Program-made: the position numbers and the translations under genes
The notes under the pieces: generated by a model
Told to the model about the DNA's origin: nothing
Databases searched by the model: none
What the model saw: only the letters and a program-made list of their open reading frames with translations
Part shown: positions 51,101 to 57,100 of the stretch, piece after piece
How the letters are laid out: each line of letters starts with the position of its first letter
Position numbering within the stretch: position 1 is the first letter of the stretch
Source: Laetmonice hystrix
Taxonomy: Eukaryota
Assembly (NCBI GenBank): GCA_965235115.1
Contig: OZ249438.1
Location: forward strand, 27,838,001-27,902,000
Reading direction: 5' to 3'
Length of the DNA: 64,000 nt

Positions 51101-54100
51101 AAATCATGAGCTCAACCTTCCAATATATGGAGAGACGTGAGTGTTGGGACTCAATTCATCCTTTATTATGCCCCTCTAAGCTTTTTATGGTTCACTTCTT
51201 GCTATGTTTTTTTTTCACAGCATACTCGGTAAATCATATGATTAGACTAGAGAAACTCATCCTTCAGTAGTATCTTGAAGGACGACTATAGACAGGATGT
51301 CCTTACTTACCAAGTTTGGATTTAAACTCTATTCTAAGGAACACACCTGGACTAACTCCATTAAGAAATATTTTAATACTTATTCTTGCCAGGCTATGAA
51401 TCCGCGACACTAGATATCCCCCCCCCCCCCCGGGATAGAGATTAGAGGTTGTACTCACTTGGTGACTGCCTTCTGGACCCACATGAGCATGGCCTTCTTA
51501 GCGCCTCCCTTGAACTTCTCCAGGGCGCCTGACCTGGAGCGTTTGGCCGCTGAGCTCTCCTCCGTGGGGGACTGTGCCATCTGTGCCATCATACGTGTGT
51601 TCTCCTCAATCTGAAGATAAACCCAACCCCACAATGATGTAATCTTACCCTGTACATAATTCTGAGGTAATAAAGCAGGTACATGCGAGGACATTCGCTG
51701 TTGGCAGTTTAAACCATTACATTGGAGATTTGAAATCTCAACCTTTGGACCTTAAACATGTGCCTTTCTCTCACATACCGCTACTTCACAATTCCAGCCC
51801 AATCAGTGGTCTGTAAAAGGTGGTTAAGAATTAGATTGAGAAATATGTACAACTAAATTCCAGATTTCTAAGAAACCCAAACCAGTCACACCGGACAAAC
51901 TGATGGCAACAAAGCTGACTGAACTCCTGGTTCAGCTGAACAGCTGACAGAAAAAGACCAGCCTCATCCAGGCTCTGCTTTTTCTTCATTAGCCACACTG
52001 CAGATCTGTGTACATGTTGCATTGGATTGTCAATGCCAGCAAAAAGGCTGAGGTACTGCGCACTATTTGTTGTTTGAAACCACCACAAGAAGCTCTGTCA
52101 GTAGATATGGAAGTCGAAGATTACAAAGTTTCACTGCAGCATGCTCCGCTGTAAGCGTGTAAGCAATGGGGCGGCCCCCTTTGACGGGTCTTTAAACATC
52201 GACGTAATAGCTGCAGGCAAGACATTTTCTATCTTTATAATCAACTAATGAGGGAACTCGGCTTGATTAAAGATTTTCAATAAATTAGCCCTTTTAAGTG
52301 TCCATCAAAGTATATACATCTCTAAGAGTCTCCCTCTTTTGGCTTTCATTTATTTTACTTCTTTTTAGTTATGAAAATATGTCATCCCTGCCATGAGCAG
52401 GAACAGAGATGAAATATTACGAGAAAAATAATCAGGTTGAGTGGCGGTTCAAACAGTATATCTATGGTATCTTAGTATCAGAGTACCATAGATACTCTAC
52501 GGGATCTTATTACAAGGATATCACACGCCTATGGTGACATTCATGGCCATAGTGCTGAGTCTTACTGGCTTATGCCTGGCTAAGGCCACCACAACGGGTT
52601 GGGAGGCCTCCCCCAGCAACGTCGATAAGTACGAAGTCTCTATCTGTCAGAGGTAAAGTTTCAATCAAACAAAAATACATTAATCGTGGGGGTTAACACA
52701 GGGTTACGATTGCTATTGTTACTGCTGCAAAAACGGAGACGAAAAATACATCAATCAAAGCGGATCACAGACACAGTGCCATTATATTAAAGTTCTAGTG
52801 CTCGTGAATGTTTGTGCCGACAGCTGACAGCTGTGCTTGAACGTACAGCTCATCCAAAAAACAAACTTTTTGAGAACTTTTAATATTTTCCGATTTAACT
52901 GAAAACATTTGGTAGAAATCACAGATTCTCATAAGAAAATCTTTTCTATCCTTGATACATGAGTGGTTTCACTTTCTGTGATTTGCACGAGACTCTTTGA
53001 GAAACAGGAACGTAAACATGAGTTTGATGAAGCAGTTTGAATGACAAACCTCCTTGCTTTATTTAGATCTACCGGTGTATATAATTCATCAGCTTTCCCG
53101 TCTCCCCTGGAATTTCTCCAATATTGTTTGTCTATAACATGTGCCTCAGTACCCGTGAAGGATCAAACTTACTCGAGTGAGAGCCCCCCCTCATGAATAT
53201 TTAACTGATACGTTTTCTCAACGACAGGCACGATACGTTAGCGTCATAATACCTGTGCCCCAATCCTTACACTTCATCATTCCCCAAGGATTTACACCAC
53301 TGAATGTTACAACTACCAACTTCAAACATTTGGACCAGAACCCACAGCTTTAGATAAGATCTTCAAAATATTACAATGCCACAACACAACTCCAAGGAAA
53401 TCCCACCTTTTTTTAAGAGGATTTATAAAATTATCAGCCAAATAAACGATTCGCCCAATTCGATAATGAACACATCAAACTCCAAATAAAGGTTAGTTTT
53501 CAACCACAACCATGAACTCTCTCTCAGCGAGATACCTCGACACTATCCTGTTCCCCTGACTGACACCGACTTAGGGAGTCGTTCAGGGAAAACCCCTTGG
53601 GGAGCCGCAGCACTGCTGCCACCTGGTGAACAAAGTGGGCACTAATGTCAATTTGTTTGACTGTCTATCAAAATCTTTATAACAGTGAAAGACAGCTGTC
53701 ACCTAATACCATGGCAGCTAATACCATGAGGTCACGCTGTTTATGAAGCCTACTAAACCTATTTATCCTACCATAATATTAAGTCTTTTCCTAAGGGGGT
53801 TGAACACCCCCCCCCCCCCCCAACATCCTGATAAAGAGGTGACTGACCTGGAAGTAGAGGATGATTGTCCAGATGAGTCCGAGGACGATTGAAGGTTTGC
53901 CATCCACCACATCTGACGGGTTGATGTTCACCAGTTTAATCTGTAACCGTATCATATCATAGCTACAGCACACTGGCAGGACAAAATAGACTTGGGGAAA
54001 TAAACAAATTAGGGAAAACCAAATATTCGTCTATGAAAGTCCACAATTCGGGAAGAAAAGGCCCCGACTAAACGTAGGAACCTCTCTCACAGGACTTTTA

Positions 54101-57100
54101 ATCTTTGCACACTAGTTGTCCCTTTATTGCTTTCTTATTTTGAAACATAAACACTGGAAACATATGAGGCTTTGTCTTCTTAACTATATTAAATTTATCC
54201 CATATTTTCTCTTTTCTTCTTCAGTATCAAAACGTGTATTAGTGTAAAGTCTCCATGCACAATAACTTTTCTAACCATGTATCCGAGATTACAGAAACGA
54301 TTGGATCCTGTCGACATGACAAAGTTTCTGTCATACCTCTGACCGAACATGTCACAGATTACGATTATACACGTGCATGTTAGAACAGTTTGGTCACATT
54401 AACATGTTACCGGTACTCCCATAACATCGGGCCTTAGGGACGTATTCTCCAAACAAACACACGCCATGCCCAACATCAATCCTATATCATAGCATTCTCT
54501 GGTTGTAAACCATGCCATTTCAACAGTCGTTTGATCGTTGTAGCTTGCTACCACGGCAGAAAACACCGTATAACTGGTAACCCCACGAAAATGGTGTTTA
54601 GAAAATCAACCTGGGACCCACATCTGTGGAGATCTACTGTTTGTTTTCATTCAAACTGAGGAACATCACACACAGGAATGGGTGGCGAGAGTTTGAGTGG
54701 ACCCACCAAATCTGGAGCTATCACCTTGACCAGGATCTGAAACACCACCAGCATCGTGTAGCTACACTGTGGGCAACTCGGCAACCACAGACTACTGGGG
54801 GATCATAGGATCATCGAGAGACCAGGGGCCGCTCTTACATCATGTCACATCATCAGAGAATAACTCAGCAACAAAAATATCGGAGAAACAAGTCATAAAC
54901 TTAGGGAAAAACCATTACAATAGTATTGTTCTATAATATAAAGTATGCTTATAAATTTGTCAATATACACCCCGTACTTAGGAAAAAGGCCAATTTTTTA
55001 ATCGCTCCACAGCCCCTTAGACAGTAGATTAATCAAGCCACGTCGCTTACCTTTCTAGTTTCTAGAAACTGTATGGCTTTTGTGATGTTACTGATGTGGT
55101 GAACCCGCTTCATTGGTTTTCCTGGCTGAACTTTCTCCACTGTCTGAAAGTAAAGTACGTGTATGCTAGTTCAGGAAGAGGCGACTTCTAGATTGCACAC
55201 ACATAAATTATTATAGGGGGTCTACGTAAGAAATAAGTCTTTCTGAGGACTCTCCGACTTTAAAGGTGCTATTCGTGAACAAAAATTTTTTTATTTTTTA
55301 TTTTGTTGACGTTTATGTGATCCCATCTATCATGGAAATAGATTCACAACAAAGGAAATCAAAATTTTTCATAGATAACGGCACAAATGGGGCTCTCTCA
55401 GAAGGCCTGTAGAGACCCTGACACGCCCCACCATAGGAAATGGCTCTATCTCGGTGCGCACCGAGATAGGTTTCAAATGCTGCACACAAACTAATAGAAG
55501 GTTTATCAGGCCAATGGTATCGGTAGGAATTTTTTCTAGTACTATGTGCACAATGTATGATAGGAGAAATGCCATTCTGTGCGAGACGAATAGCACCTTT
55601 AACGTCCTCCTATAGACACACCTCGTCTATGTCAGTTTTACGGACTACCGGTATATAATGTGTTGTGACATGGTTTTGTCCGACTATAGTCGACTGTCCG
55701 CTGTGAAAGCTGCTGGGCGCTGTAGTGCGTACAGTTGACCCGAGGGGGCAGCACTTACCAAGGTCTCGCCGGAGAGGACTTCAAGGAGGCCGAGGAGCGT
55801 GATGCCGTCCTTGATATCCTCAAACAGGTCTTCCACCTTCCGCGGAGGCGTCCGCTGGTAACCATGACAACAACATAATGAATATCACTAACACCATTTC
55901 CACGATCCAAACAATATCAGGACAAAAACTTGAAGGAAATTCATAAAATCTATAACCACTGGTAACGCTGCCACCGGCATGTTCAGATCTAAATGTATGT
56001 TAGATGTCAATGAGATATTATGCTAACCGTACAAACATATCGCATGCGGCCATGTGTACAGAACGAACAAGTTTTCGCTGGACATACCCAATACCAGTTA
56101 AATAATTAATCGACGCTGATTTATTACTAGTTCACGCTTCCCTTCAATTAACTCTGGTCAATATTTACTTAAATATAAAATGTTAACCTTATATTCAATT
56201 GGTTTGAAAATCTACTTCAACAGTGAGGCAATTCCGCGAGTTCCGTCCGTTTTCCGCGATCGCGGAAATATTTACATTAACAGTGACGCAATCACAGGAA
56301 CATTTGGCCGCTAAATTTAATGGTTATAACCGGTAACGAGCACGAGAAAAATACCGAAAACATGATGCACTTAACCGATTGCTGTTCCGGTTACGGTCTG
56401 TAGAATGTCACTAACATGTTGCTATAAATCCACGGTCCCCCTCCATAAAGTATTTTCATCTGTTTGTTTTCGGCACCAACATTAGGTGCTGATCCAGGGA
56501 AAGGGGTCTAGGGGGTTAACACGCCCCGGTAAGCCCTTCACAAACTTTAACAAACAGAAACTAAATCACTGTTGCACCCCCTACTTGCCTCATGCATGGG
56601 AACACTCGTGTGACTTCCCCTAAGATTACTGCTGAATACCAAATCTATCCTATTTAACTAATAAATTTTGACGGTGAACCCATCTTTTCAAGAGTTTATA
56701 CTCCTGGTTTAATTATGTGTGGGGTACTGCAAACACCGGGTAAGAGAAGCGCAAAACCTCCGTTAAACAATGCCACGTGGATGGCTTCCCAAGACTCTCA
56801 CCTACACCCCTGAGCTATGTTCACACAATACGACACCCAGATTGCAATGTCTGCTAATTAGGATTCTGTGATTCGTATACCGGAGAGGGGTAATATAATA
56901 TATCTATTTATACAGCCACGCCATTGACAGTCACATCTTGTAAACTCCCAACATTAGCGTTGAGAATAGGGTGGCAGGTCTACATGAACAATACCTCTCT
57001 CGTCCTCAAATGGCTTATGTGGAAATAAACTTGCGCAATTCTCGTTTACATCTACTTTGATAATGTGGGATAAGATGCTTCCATCTGTACGGGTGTGACT

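Noticed and set aside
56251-56268. 18-bp perfect palindrome TTTCCGCGATCGCGGAAA
   Set aside because: Isolated, probably a transposon remnant; no further structure
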